Assembly (NCBI GenBank): GCA_002269645.1
Contig: NIVC01000339.1
Span: forward strand, 1 to 64,000
Length of the DNA stretch: 64,000 nucleotides
Direction of reading: 5' to 3'
From: Macrostomum lignano
Taxonomy: Eukaryota
The stretch's first letter is position 1; each line of letters begins with the position of its first letter. Shown one piece after another: positions 36,881 to 49,950 of this stretch. The position numbers and the translations under genes are program-made. A model generated the notes under the pieces. That model was not told where the DNA came from. It did no database searches and saw only the letters and a list, made by a program, of their open reading frames with translations.

Positions 36881-39739
36881 TGGATGGTTGAATTGTTGCG
36901 CATGGAATAATGGCAAGGCGCTGGGTTCAATGCGAGGCTGCACTTGGAATTCAGGCTGAAAATGCAATTAAAAAACTGTAATTAAAATAAACTATAGAAA
37001 TCCTATGTATACTTGTAAAAGGCGAAACTTGATGTAGGAACAAAAGATAAAATAAACAGTAGATCCAATGCTAATAGGATTCCTGGATGCTAAGGGAAAT
37101 TCAGATAAATTTTATGGCTAAAAACCTTGACACCAGGGGTAATGTATTTTTAAGGGCTGCTATTTTTTAACCAATAGGCTCACATCTTTACTTTTTATTC
37201 AATGAAATGCGCCTAGACAAATGCTAACCCCATCCCTCCAAGTTTGTGGGAATTAAGGCCCCCAAATCCATGTTCTATAAACTTGATTCTTAATGCTCCA
37301 CTTCCTTTAAAGCCTTAAATCTGAGCACAACATGCTTGCAATTGCTCAAGCACCCCTGCCTTTCCTCAAGATGTGCCATATATTGTCCCATCTTTAACTC
37401 CCTCCCTTCATTTATGAGTTACAAGCCTACAAACCCAAGTATTTTTGACTCTTCAAACTAAAACATCTGTTCTCCAGTCCATCTAAAGCCTTCTCAAATT
37501 TAAACAATATGCTCAATTGTTATGCCTCATTCCTCTGCCTTTCCTCAGAACACAACTGTCTCTAATTCCTTCCCGATATTAATGAGCAAAAATCCTGCAC
37601 CAACACAAAACCCATGAATAGTTCCAAATATTTTCCTTATATCAAAGCAACTATTCTATATTGAAATTATCAACTTTCTAACTCTGATTTGAACCAAATA
37701 TTTGGTTGATTGGATTTGATTCTAAATATTCTGAATATTCATTGATTCAATACTCAATGATTCAAGTCTAGTCATATATATAGGCCTATTTGTTATCTTT
37801 ATATATATACCATATTGTCTTATTTTTTATGAAGTTAATTAATATACTAATAGTTTGATATAATAAAATGGTATACATAAAATCTATAGATATTGCATAA
37901 AATGATGATTTGAGGTTTTGGCATATTGAGGTTATATCTTAAATAATAGTCTAGACCAATGTACATGGTTTACTAGAAAGTGTTTATGGTTAGCAATGCT
38001 AACCATTTGCTAACCATTGAGATTAAACACAGTACTCTTTTAAAAAGGTTTTTAAGTTAAATCTTTTAGATAGACCATATACAAGCTTTTTAGACTTTAG
38101 ATGTTACAACTTCTTTATAGTTTCTATAAAGAATTTTAAATAAAAAACTAAATAGTATTTATAAGATAAAAATACCAAAAAATAAACATTAAAAAATCTA
38201 GTAAATATTTTAACTTGCTAGCAAATCTTATTATTTAAATAATTGATTTTTTGCCATTTAACTATTTTAGTCATAGACATTTTGCTTAGACTTTGTAGTC
38301 TATATAGATCATTTTGCCCCAAAGCAAAATCAACCATAGAATAGTTTGGCCATATTAATTAAAAATTAATAGATTCAAACAAGCTAAAATAGTAAGGATA
38401 TACATAGTAGCAACTCTACTGAGATTTTGAAAGTTGCACTATGGTAATTTTTGCCAAAACACTCTTAGTTTTATTAATATTTTTATTAAACTTTTTTACT
38501 TAGGCTGACCAATTTCTATGTCCAATATATCATTTTTTAGCTTTTCTATTTCTAATCTGTTGATAAGAAAAGGTACAGGTCACATTGGCAAAAAGAAAAT
38601 TTAGTAAGTCATTTTGGAAAAAGTCAGTTCAATGAAAGTCATTTCAGAGATCAGAGATTCAGAGAAAGTCAGTCATAAAAAGTTATAATAAAACATCTTT
38701 AAACAAACAAATTACAATTGTATTATGCTATTGATATCTAGGATATTTATTTAGGATAGTTTAGTATATTAAAAGTTATTTCTTAACTGAAAAAACAAAG
38801 CTAATTTACTAAAAAAGTAAAATGATATAGTCTATCAAAAATTATAAAAATATTTAATAAAAAAATTGGTTAAAAGTTGAAAAAAGTTTAATAAATGTCT
38901 TTAGAATTTTATATTTAATTTTGTTAGAAATTATCATTTGTGTTTAATCAAAAATAAAGAAACTTTAATTTTTGTGAATATCACGATTTTAATATGGTTT
39001 TTTCATAAAGAAAATAATATAATTTATTATAATCCCAATGAAGACCAGAAATTTATTTATAAAGTTTTTATCTATGAAATTTTGGCAATCCTTTACTTTT
39101 GCACATTTAATTATTTTTTTAAATAATGACTTTTTTAATTACTGCAAGTAAATATTTGAACTTGCGTAAAGGTAAGATGTCTACTAGTTTAAGGTGGCCA
39201 AAACCTACTATTGCTCTGCTATTTAAGTTTTGGCCATAGACAATTGCTCCTTGTTTTTTTGAAAAGGCAGTAAGACAAAAAGGATAGGTGTTGCATTCTT
39301 TGGTATATGCATGCTAGTGGAGTGGTTAACTCTATTATTGATTTTTATTACTAGCCTATGACCACCCCTCTCTATCAGTCTTTTCCCATGTATGCACTTG
39401 TGAGGATGGCTACATACTTGTAGACTGCCCAGCTAGACATACTAAATATATATGAGTCAGGAAGCCACTGGCCCGAGCACCTTTCTCTTTCTTAGTTGTT
39501 TGAAGATAGAATCTCAGAGTCTCAGAACATAATTGTTATTTTTACAACAATGGGTATTCTGAGAGATTTATTGCCTTGCTTGTTTTCTTATCAATCTTGA
39601 ACAATAACTATTGTGCAATCATGGCTGGATACCCTATAGTACCCACTAGTATAATTCCAATTGCAGATATTCAACCTGCAGCAAACCTTATATAACTTAT
39701 ACCTAACAATGTGTAAGCTTACTTATAGCCACCAACATG

Positions 39740-40400
39740 CCCACAATGCTGGACTCAGGCCTCAATCCAAAAAGGGTCCATTTTTGAGTCTAGCCATCTG
39801 CCTTTGACCCAGAAAATTAATATTATATACTAGTAGGCAACGTAGGCCAAGCAAGAAGACACCTAGTAACAATATGAAAATATTACTATTTAGACCATTA
39901 TGGATTGGCAAAACTTTATTTACAATATCTATAGTTAGTATCTGCAAGATTATCTACTGCAGCTAGAGCTAGGAGGGCTTAGTGTCAATGTTAAAATCAA
40001 TGAAAGCTATTTCTTTTATTGCAAATAGGCCCTGCTATCAAGGCCAATGTTGGCTAGACCAGTAAGTTTAAAGTATAATCAAATTGCACTCTAACTGCTG
40101 CACAATGGTGGCCATACTAGATTGTAGTGCAACTAGCATCTTGCCCCGAGTGCAATAGTACATGCTGCCTGGGATTATAGATACAAGTAGCAAGCATACA
40201 ATCAGCTGCCTAACTATCTAACAATTAACTACTAGCTGCATTTTATTGACCCCAACAACTTAAATATTTATATTAATACAATTAAGGACATATGAGCCTA
40301 TGCTAAGACCTATTTTAAGGCTATTTATGGCATATCCAAGGCCCTGTTCAATATCCACCTAGATGAGTTTCTATAGCATTATTGCTACTTGTGCAACACC
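39740..40400 (+). pseudogene. Merlin (IS1016/ISXO2-like) DDE transposase relic with heavy C>T/G>A decay
   Basis: Hand translation gives TCPQC..SIQKGSIFESSHLPL, TIMDWQNFI, LGGLSVNVKINES (cf. GGPG..VEIDES), ILDCSATSILP (cf. VPDRSAATLLP), K*QAYNQL, TINY*LHFIDP..YINTIKDI* (cf. TVNH..FVDP..HTNTIEG.W) and HLDEFL*H (cf. YLDEF.WR). Confidence 0.85.
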
Positions 40401-43400
40401 TTCAGCAACATTTTTCTGGGTGATACACTATTATAATACCTAATACAACCAAACATGATATAATAAACTTGCTAACTATTATTAAACTTTTATTGAAACT
40501 TTGTTCAAAATTTATTAATGTTACATTTATAATATATAATTAAATCTGCAAAAGTAAAAGATTGCCAATTTTTTTATTTTCTTTCTAGTTTATTATATTT
40601 GCTTTTAAACTCTAATATAATCCATGGTCAAGGTGCGCCATGTGCGCCGCAACAAATCCTTTATAATTTTTTAACTGTGCACCATGCGCCAAAAAATTTA
40701 TGTATTACATTGACATATGGCGCACAATAAATTTTCTTCTGCGCCATTTGCACTGTGTATGCCAAAAATCCTTTGTGTGTACCACAATTTTGTATGAAAT
40801 CTATCACCTTCCTGATTGTAGGATATAATTATATTGCAAATTTAGTCATTTGCAAAAACTTTTTAAAATATATTTTATTTAGATATTTGCAAGTTTTAGG
40901 ACCTTTATTGAAATATTTACAATATAAGATATAAACTAAAAATTGATATACTTTGCTTTATTCTAATAATATTCTTAATTAATAAACCTCAATAACAATA
41001 TTATTATATTTAAGTTATATAGAGCATACCTAGGCCGAAGCAAAAATCTATTCTTATTATAGCATTATATAGGCTTAGATATTTTAGAGGAAAAAATTAG
41101 GCCTACAGTCCCTACACCAAACAAAATTAGCAATATAATAGGAAAGATAATAAAATACAAAACAAATAGAATAATAGATATTAAGATGTGATATAAAATA
41201 TGTGTAGCCCCTAGCTGCTAAGCTAGGCTAGGGCCAAGGCCTAGGTAGGCCTAAACTAATCTAAAATTAGGCCCTAATTATTTTTTTAACAATCAATTTG
41301 CAATATAATAAGGGCCTTATCAAGGAAAATAGATTGATATTCAAGATATCCAAAGATCATTAGGAATGAAAAGTTTTGCATCCTCCACTGCACAGTGCAC
41401 AGTCTAGATCATACATAGACTGGTATATCTGTTGCTTGCTTGCTATAGTTGGCATTGGATTGGACACTGGCAACGATAAAAAAATTGATATAAATATGCT
41501 ATGTTTCGTTTTATTATTATGCCTGCGCTTTATTTTTTCGAATCAGGTGTTTTGGACGGATACAAAAATGTCAGATTATTCTTCAAGAAACCCACACATT
41601 TCCAATTAATGCAAAGAATTCTTTGGGCTTGGTTTTTGGGGGATTCAGTCTTCCATGACTTGTGATTCTTTTCTTATGTTTATTATCATAAAAATTACTT
41701 CTCTAAAACTTGCTTGTTTAAAATTTCTAACATTTCTATCAGGCTCAGAAATGTTTAGGAACAGACCGTCCAAGCTGCTGGTTGAACAAATAAAGAATCG
41801 CTGAATCGCTGATTTTAGAAAAAATAATTTTTTTGGATTTTTTTAACTTTTAAACAAAACTTACGTTGTCTAGAACAAGAAATAGATTGAAATAGTTTCG
41901 TAGCAGAAGATTTAAAATGTTTGCATTTATTTACCACTATGCCAAGAAACAAATTTGTTTCTAATTGCTCCTACTCGTACGCCGATTTGATGATTAACTT
42001 TTCAACACTACATTCAGAATATATTGTTGCAATTATTGATTATACTTAAGGAATCTTACAGCTACTGCCAACTGGGTTTTATAAACGATTGTCTCAAAAT
42101 AGTGCGAGCAAATTTTGTTTAAGGGTTTAGTAACTTAATAAGTAGCAAAAATTTTTATGCTGCAAAGCCAGAGCGAGAGACATGGCACAGAGGGCGACGC
42201 GCAGATAAATAAGCGGGTGAGCAAACACCCCCCACCCCACGAAGGGGTAGAGAGGAAGGCGCACAAAGCGGCACAAGTACAGCGCGAGCTGGAGTGGATG
42301 GCTAACACCCATTTCACTTCACTCATAAAGGAGCCCTAAGAGAAATGGAAGGCATTATACCCATTACAATATTGTTACTATTTGCTGTAGTACACAATTA
42401 TTACCTATCACAGTAATGCTACTTTTGTACATTTAAGTACATAAAACATGCGATTTGCCTATAGTTCTGTACTACATTTATACTCATAGTATTCCTACAC
42501 AAGTATGTATGTTATGTATGTTTATAACAAGTAGTTAAGTAAAGACCGCTTGGTTTTCCTGAAAGACATGATTTAAGACCATCGGTGACATCGGTCCTAA
42601 ACTATAGCTCATGAGTATAAGGAAGTAGAGAACGAAAACGATACCCAAAATATCCTCATTGGAAACAAAGTCGACTAACTAAGGCGGGTAGTCTTAGTTA
42701 AGTACAAAATAAACGACGATACAAAAAGTACGTTTTAGTTTCTGATACGAGCGTATTTAGATTTGCAACCATAACAGAGTTAAAAGCTTTACGTTAGATG
42801 AAAACGTATATTTAAGTGCTGAAATATTTTAATTAAATTTTATACCGTTACAGGTATAGAGATTAGAGATATCCCAGTAGTAGCAAACAAGGCCGTCCCA
42901 AAATTAATAAGAAATAAAGATGCGCTCTTAGCTAGAAACAGTTAAGCATAACGTGCAACAATAAAAGCGAAGCCAAACAAAAATCGCAGCAATAAAGTTG
43001 TAACAAAACGACACAACAGGAACATTAATTTTATAAATATAAATAGCTAAAACTTCTTTCGGTCTGATAAATATGCATCAACAACGATAACTTCTAGCAT
43101 AGCGAAATGCTACTTCCACATACACTAAGTATCTAAACAGGTAACGCATAATAGAAACAATTTTGACTACCAACTAACGACCAGAAGAGAGCATCGTGCA
43201 GCTACAATCAAGCTGGGCTTAGAGGTGGAGCATACCGTATAATACTTTGCCACGCATTAACGAATAAGCAGACGACCACACGAGTTAAGACAATTTATCT
43301 GCTCGCAAGCTGACGGACAACTTTGATGTTTTTCTATTTCTTCTCTAGAACTCATATACTCAGCAACATTGAAACACGCCACACTTTTCCTCAGTGAGCA

Positions 43401-44080
43401 GTGTCTCGATCATCGTCTATCACCTGGCCAACCATTTTGAGATGAAAAAATGCTTGGAAAAAAAACAATGACAACCGGGCGGAAGCTTCAATCCATCCAA
43501 TTTTCGCCCTCCGATCGTCCCAAGTCCCTCCTCACTCAGCCCAACTCTGCATCGCGTGGCGCAAGTTGTGTCACTCAAAAATCAACACTGAGCTGGAATT
43601 TACTGCGCACTCTCAAAGGTGGCGACTTTTTAATGTTGTTGAGTATATAATCCAGAGCAACACCAATAGCTAAAACTAACTTTATGTTTAAGCGGCAACG
43701 GCATTAAAAAGCTAGAATGGATTCGAAGTAATGACAAGGATAATACGGCAAAGTTCAGTCCGCTGTTAAAATTGTTTAAGCAATTGCGCTGCCAGAAAAC
43801 ATGCAAGTGGGACACAAAACAATAAAGTAAATTTTAACAAATTAAAAACTAAGAGAAGTACATGCGGACAGCCGATTCGCTATGAGGCCAGTTTTATAGT
43901 AAACCTTTTACATTGTACATTACAAACTCATATTTTTCGTGTTAATTTACATTATTATTTTATGGTTTTGCAGTTCGCTAACAGTCTGACCTATGAACTC
44001 GATTTTTTGGTTTGTTAAAGTCTAAACACATCCTAATTAGATTCGCGATTAAGAGTAAAAAAGTGCGCCACTTGTTGCAT

Positions 44081-44608
44081 TTACGAGCGCACCCCGGATG
44101 CAGCATTTTCTGCTACAATTGGAGCAGCAGCAGTTGGAGCATCCACAGCAGCAGGTGGAGCGGCGGCAGCTTCTCCGCCATTGTTGACTGCCTGAGGCTG
44201 AGCTGCTGCCTTAGTGGCAGCGGCAGCGGCGGCCACCTCGGTGGAATCGGCCGGCGGCAGGTCGGACTTGGCCACCTGGACGAAGCCAACAAGAAGGTCG
44301 CCATCCGCGCCCTGAGCAGCCACGGCGGCTTTGACCTCGGCCGAGTCGGCGGGCGGAACGTCAGCGCCGTTTACCATTTCGAAATCATCGGTGGCAACAT
44401 CCCTGACTGCAGCTGGCGGCTCCGCCGGCGCCTTAGCAGGCGATGTGGACCGCGGCTTCGCCGACGGAGTTTTCTGCTTTTTAGCCGGAGATGGGGCGGC
44501 AGGCGGCGGTGGCGGAGGCTGCGGCCGGGATGCCAGACGGCCGGAGCGGCGCTGCGGCTGGGCGTTGGCCGAGTCGGTAGCGGCGGCGGCAGAACGTTTT
44601 CGTGGCAT
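44081..44608 (-). CDS. 175-aa Pro/Ala-rich, probably disordered protein with basic N-terminus (MPRKRS..QRRSGRLAS), left copy
   Basis: GC-rich, codon-like ORF in AT-rich surroundings; upstream TTTCAG acceptor; internal repeat DVPPADSAEV/DLPPADSTEV. May be exon 1 of a longer gene (possible donor at 44092). Confidence 0.65.
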   Translation of the reverse strand: MPRKRSAAAATDSANAQPQRRSGRLASRPQPPPPPPAAPSPAKKQKTPSAKPRSTSPAKAPAEPPAAVRDVATDDFEMVNGADVPPADSAEVKAAVAAQGADGDLLVGFVQVAKSDLPPADSTEVAAAAAATKAAAQPQAVNNGGEAAAAPPAAVDAPTAAAPIVAENAASGVRS

Positions 44609-45081
44609 GTTGCTTATAAAATCAGCTGATTGCAATTTACAGCTGAGCTCTATGGCTGAAAGTTGATGAAAACAGCGCATTACTCAAATTTGACTCAAAT
44701 TCCTAATTGCTTAACAGCAAAAAGTCAAGCTACTTTGTCAGATTTTTACTGCCCGTACATAAATACTTTTTAGTCGATGAACTGGAATTTAAATGTTGGA
44801 ATTGCTTTGCCATTTGTCATTCTAAGTCAAAACTCAAGATGCCAAGATGCCAAGATGTTTTGACTTAGAATGACAAATGGCAAAGCAATTCCAACATTTA
44901 AATTCCAGTTCATCGACTAAAAAGTATTTATGTACGGGCAGTAAAAATCTGACAAAGTAGCTTGACTTTTTGCTGTTAAGCAATTAGGAATTTGAGTCAA
45001 ATTTGAGTAATGCGCTGTTTTCATCAACTTTCAGCCATAGAGCTCAGCTGTAAATTGCAATCAGCTGATTTTATAAGCAAC

Positions 45082-45609
45082 ATGCCACGAAAACGTTCTG
45101 CCGCCGCCGCTACCGACTCGGCCAACGCCCAGCCGCAGCGCCGCTCCGGCCGTCTGGCATCCCGGCCGCAGCCTCCGCCACCGCCGCCTGCCGCCCCATC
45201 TCCGGCTAAAAAGCAGAAAACTCCGTCGGCGAAGCCGCGGTCCACATCGCCTGCTAAGGCGCCGGCGGAGCCGCCAGCTGCAGTCAGGGATGTTGCCACC
45301 GATGATTTCGAAATGGTAAACGGCGCTGACGTTCCGCCCGCCGACTCGGCCGAGGTCAAAGCCGCCGTGGCTGCTCAGGGCGCGGATGGCGACCTTCTTG
45401 TTGGCTTCGTCCAGGTGGCCAAGTCCGACCTGCCGCCGGCCGATTCCACCGAGGTGGCCGCCGCTGCCGCTGCCACTAAGGCAGCAGCTCAGCCTCAGGC
45501 AGTCAACAATGGCGGAGAAGCTGCCGCCGCTCCACCTGCTGCTGTGGATGCTCCAACTGCTGCTGCTCCAATTGTAGCAGAAAATGCTGCATCCGGGGTG
45601 CGCTCGTAA
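45082..45609 (+). CDS. Mirror copy of the 175-aa Pro/Ala-rich gene
   Basis: Reverse complement of 44081-44608 within the palindrome; identical translation in the ORF track. Confidence 0.65.
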   Translation: MPRKRSAAAATDSANAQPQRRSGRLASRPQPPPPPPAAPSPAKKQKTPSAKPRSTSPAKAPAEPPAAVRDVATDDFEMVNGADVPPADSAEVKAAVAAQGADGDLLVGFVQVAKSDLPPADSTEVAAAAAATKAAAQPQAVNNGGEAAAAPPAAVDAPTAAAPIVAENAASGVRS

Positions 45610-48600
45610 ATGCAACAAGTGGCGCACTTTTTTACTCTTAATCGCGAATCTAATTAGGATGTGTTTAGACTTTAACAAACCAAAAAATCGAGTTCATAGG
45701 TCAGACTGTTAGCGAACTGCAAAACCATAAAATAATAATGTAAATTAACACGAAAAATATGAGTTTGTAATGTACAATGTAAAAGGTTTACTATAAAACT
45801 GGCCTCATAGCGAATCGGCTGTCCGCATGTACTTCTCTTAGTTTTTAATTTGTTAAAATTTACTTTATTGTTTTGTGTCCCACTTGCATGTTTTCTGGCA
45901 GCGCAATTGCTTAAACAATTTTAACAGCGGACTGAACTTTGCCGTATTATCCTTGTCATTACTTCGAATCCATTCTAGCTTTTTAATGCCGTTGCCGCTT
46001 AAACATAAAGTTAGTTTTAGCTATTGGTGTTGCTCTGGATTATATACTCAACAACATTAAAAAGTCGCCACCTTTGAGAGTGCGCAGTAAATTCCAGCTC
46101 AGTGTTGATTTTTGAGTGACACAACTTGCGCCACGCGATGCAGAGTTGGGCTGAGTGAGGAGGGACTTGGGACGATCGGAGGGCGAAAATTGGATGGATT
46201 GAAGCTTCCGCCCGGTTGTCATTGTTTTTTTTCCAAGCATTTTTTCATCTCAAAATGGTTGGCCAGGTGATAGACGATGATCGAGACACTGCTCACTGAG
46301 GAAAAGTGTGGCGTGTTTCAATGTTGCTGAGTATATGAGTTCTAGAGAAGAAATAGAAAAACATCAAAGTTGTCCGTCAGCTTGCGAGCAGATAAATTGT
46401 CTTAACTCGTGTGGTCGTCTGCTTATTCGTTAATGCGTGGCAAAGTATTATACGGTATGCTCCACCTCTAAGCCCAGCTTGATTGTAGCTGCACGATGCT
46501 CTCTTCTGGTCGTTAGTTGGTAGTCAAAATTGTTTCTATTATGCGTTACCTGTTTAGATACTTAGTGTATGTGGAAGTAGCATTTCGCTATGCTAGAAGT
46601 TATCGTTGTTGATGCATATTTATCAGACCGAAAGAAGTTTTAGCTATTTATATTTATAAAATTAATGTTCCTGTTGTGTCGTTTTGTTACAACTTTATTG
46701 CTGCGATTTTTGTTTGGCTTCGCTTTTATTGTTGCACGTTATGCTTAACTGTTTCTAGCTAAGAGCGCATCTTTATTTCTTATTAATTTTGGGACGGCCT
46801 TGTTTGCTACTACTGGGATATCTCTAATCTCTATACCTGTAACGGTATAAAATTTAATTAAAATATTTCAGCACTTAAATATACGTTTTCATCTAACGTA
46901 AAGCTTTTAACTCTGTTATGGTTGCAAATCTAAATACGCTCGTATCAGAAACTAAAACGTACTTTTTGTATCGTCGTTTATTTTGTACTTAACTAAGACT
47001 ACCCGCCTTAGTTAGTCGACTTTGTTTCCAATGAGGATATTTTGGGTATCGTTTTCGTTCTCTACTTCCTTATACTCATGAGCTATAGTTTAGGACCGAT
47101 GTCACCGATGGTCTTAAATCATGTCTTTCAGGAAAACCAAGCGGTCTTTACTTAACTACTTGTTATAAACATACATAACATACATACTTGTGTAGGAATA
47201 CTATGAGTATAAATGTAGTACAGAACTATAGGCAAATCGCATGTTTTATGTACTTAAATGTACAAAAGTAGCATTACTGTGATAGGTAATAATTGTGTAC
47301 TACAGCAAATAGTAACAATATTGTAATGGGTATAATGCCTTCCATTTCTCTTAGGGCTCCTTTATGAGTGAAGTGAAATGGGTGTTAGCCATCCACTCCA
47401 GCTCGCGCTGTACTTGTGCCGCTTTGTGCGCCTTCCTCTCTACCCCTTCGTGGGGTGGGGGGTGTTTGCTCACCCGCTTATTTATCTGCGCGTCGCCCTC
47501 TGTGCCATGTCTCTCGCTCTGGCTTTGCAGCATAAAAATTTTTGCTACTTATTAAGTTACTAAACCCTTAAACAAAATTTGCTCGCACTATTTTGAGACA
47601 ATCGTTTATAAAACCCAGTTGGCAGTAGCTGTAAGATTCCTTAAGTATAATCAATAATTGCAACAATATATTCTGAATGTAGTGTTGAAAAGTTAATCAT
47701 CAAATCGGCGTACGAGTAGGAGCAATTAGAAACAAATTTGTTTCTTGGCATAGTGGTAAATAAATGCAAACATTTTAAATCTTCTGCTACGAAACTATTT
47801 CAATCTATTTCTTGTTCTAGACAACGTAAGTTTTGTTTAAAAGTTAAAAAAATCCAAAAAAATTATTTTTTCTAAAATCAGCGATTCAGCGATTCTTTAT
47901 TTGTTCAACCAGCAGCTTGGACGGTCTGTTCCTAAACATTTCTGAGCCTGATAGAAATGTTAGAAATTTTAAACAAGCAAGTTTTAGAGAAGTAATTTTT
48001 ATGATAATAAACATAAGAAAAGAATCACAAGTCATGGAAGACTGAATCCCCCAAAAACCAAGCCCAAAGAATTCTTTGCATTAATTGGAAATGTGTGGGT
48101 TTCTTGAAGAATAATCTGACATTTTTGTATCCGTCCAAAACACCTGATTCGAAAAAATAAAGCGCAGGCATAATAATAAAACGAAACATAGCATATTTAT
48201 ATCAATTTTTTTATCGTTGCCAGTGTCCAATCCAATGCCAACTATAGCAAGCAAGCAACAGATATACCAGTCTATGTATGATCTAGACTGTGCACTGTGC
48301 AGTGGAGGATGCAAAACTTTTCATTCCTAATGATCTTTGGATATCTTGAATATCAATCTATTTTCCTTGATAAGGCCCTTATTATATTGCAAATTGATTG
48401 TTAAAAAAATAATTAGGGCCTAATTTTAGATTAGTTTAGGCCTACCTAGGCCTTGGCCCTAGCCTAGCTTAGCAGCTAGGGGCTACACATATTTTATATC
48501 ACATCTTAATATCTATTATTCTATTTGTTTTGTATTTTATTATCTTTCCTATTATATTGCTAATTTTGTTTGGTGTAGGGACTGTAGGCCTAATTTTTTC

Positions 48601-49289
48601 CTCTAAAATATCTAAGCCTATATAATGCTATAATAAGAATAGATTTTTGCTTCGGCCTAGGTATGCTCTATATAACTTAAATATAATAATATTGTTATTG
48701 AGGTTTATTAATTAAGAATATTATTAGAATAAAGCAAAGTATATCAATTTTTAGTTTATATCTTATATTGTAAATATTTCAATAAAGGTCCTAAAACTTG
48801 CAAATATCTAAATAAAATATATTTTAAAAAGTTTTTGCAAATGACTAAATTTGCAATATAATTATATCCTACAATCAGGAAGGTGATAGATTTCATACAA
48901 AATTGTGGTACACACAAAGGATTTTTGGCATACACAGTGCAAATGGCGCAGAAGAAAATTTATTGTGCGCCATATGTCAATGTAATACATAAATTTTTTG
49001 GCGCATGGTGCACAGTTAAAAAATTATAAAGGATTTGTTGCGGCGCACATGGCGCACCTTGACCATGGATTATATTAGAGTTTAAAAGCAAATATAATAA
49101 ACTAGAAAGAAAATAAAAAAATTGGCAATCTTTTACTTTTGCAGATTTAATTATATATTATAAATGTAACATTAATAAATTTTGAACAAAGTTTCAATAA
49201 AAGTTTAATAATAGTTAGCAAGTTTATTATATCATGTTTGGTTGTATTAGGTATTATAATAGTGTATCACCCAGAAAAATGTTGCTGAA

Positions 49290-49950
49290 GGTGTTGCACA
49301 AGTAGCAATAATGCTATAGAAACTCATCTAGGTGGATATTGAACAGGGCCTTGGATATGCCATAAATAGCCTTAAAATAGGTCTTAGCATAGGCTCATAT
49401 GTCCTTAATTGTATTAATATAAATATTTAAGTTGTTGGGGTCAATAAAATGCAGCTAGTAGTTAATTGTTAGATAGTTAGGCAGCTGATTGTATGCTTGC
49501 TACTTGTATCTATAATCCCAGGCAGCATGTACTATTGCACTCGGGGCAAGATGCTAGTTGCACTACAATCTAGTATGGCCACCATTGTGCAGCAGTTAGA
49601 GTGCAATTTGATTATACTTTAAACTTACTGGTCTAGCCAACATTGGCCTTGATAGCAGGGCCTATTTGCAATAAAAGAAATAGCTTTCATTGATTTTAAC
49701 ATTGACACTAAGCCCTCCTAGCTCTAGCTGCAGTAGATAATCTTGCAGATACTAACTATAGATATTGTAAATAAAGTTTTGCCAATCCATAATGGTCTAA
49801 ATAGTAATATTTTCATATTGTTACTAGGTGTCTTCTTGCTTGGCCTACGTTGCCTACTAGTATATAATATTAATTTTCTGGGTCAAAGGCAGATGGCTAG
49901 ACTCAAAAATGGACCCTTTTTGGATTGAGGCCTGAGTCCAGCATTGTGGG
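49290..49950 (-). pseudogene. Mirror copy of the Merlin transposase relic
   Basis: Reverse complement of 39740-40400 within the palindrome. Confidence 0.85.

Noticed and set aside
36147-44608. Pro/Ala-rich ORF as the first coding exon of CNOT2
   Set aside because: Its best donors are phase 0 while the CNOT2 acceptor needs phase 2; a closer exon (36880-36864) with ATG and GTGAGT fits exactly.
44834-44856. Spacer as a leftover sequencing hairpin adapter
   Set aside because: It does not resemble the SMRTbell adapter as recalled (ATCTCTCTC..GAGAGAGAT). This does not exclude other chimera mechanisms.
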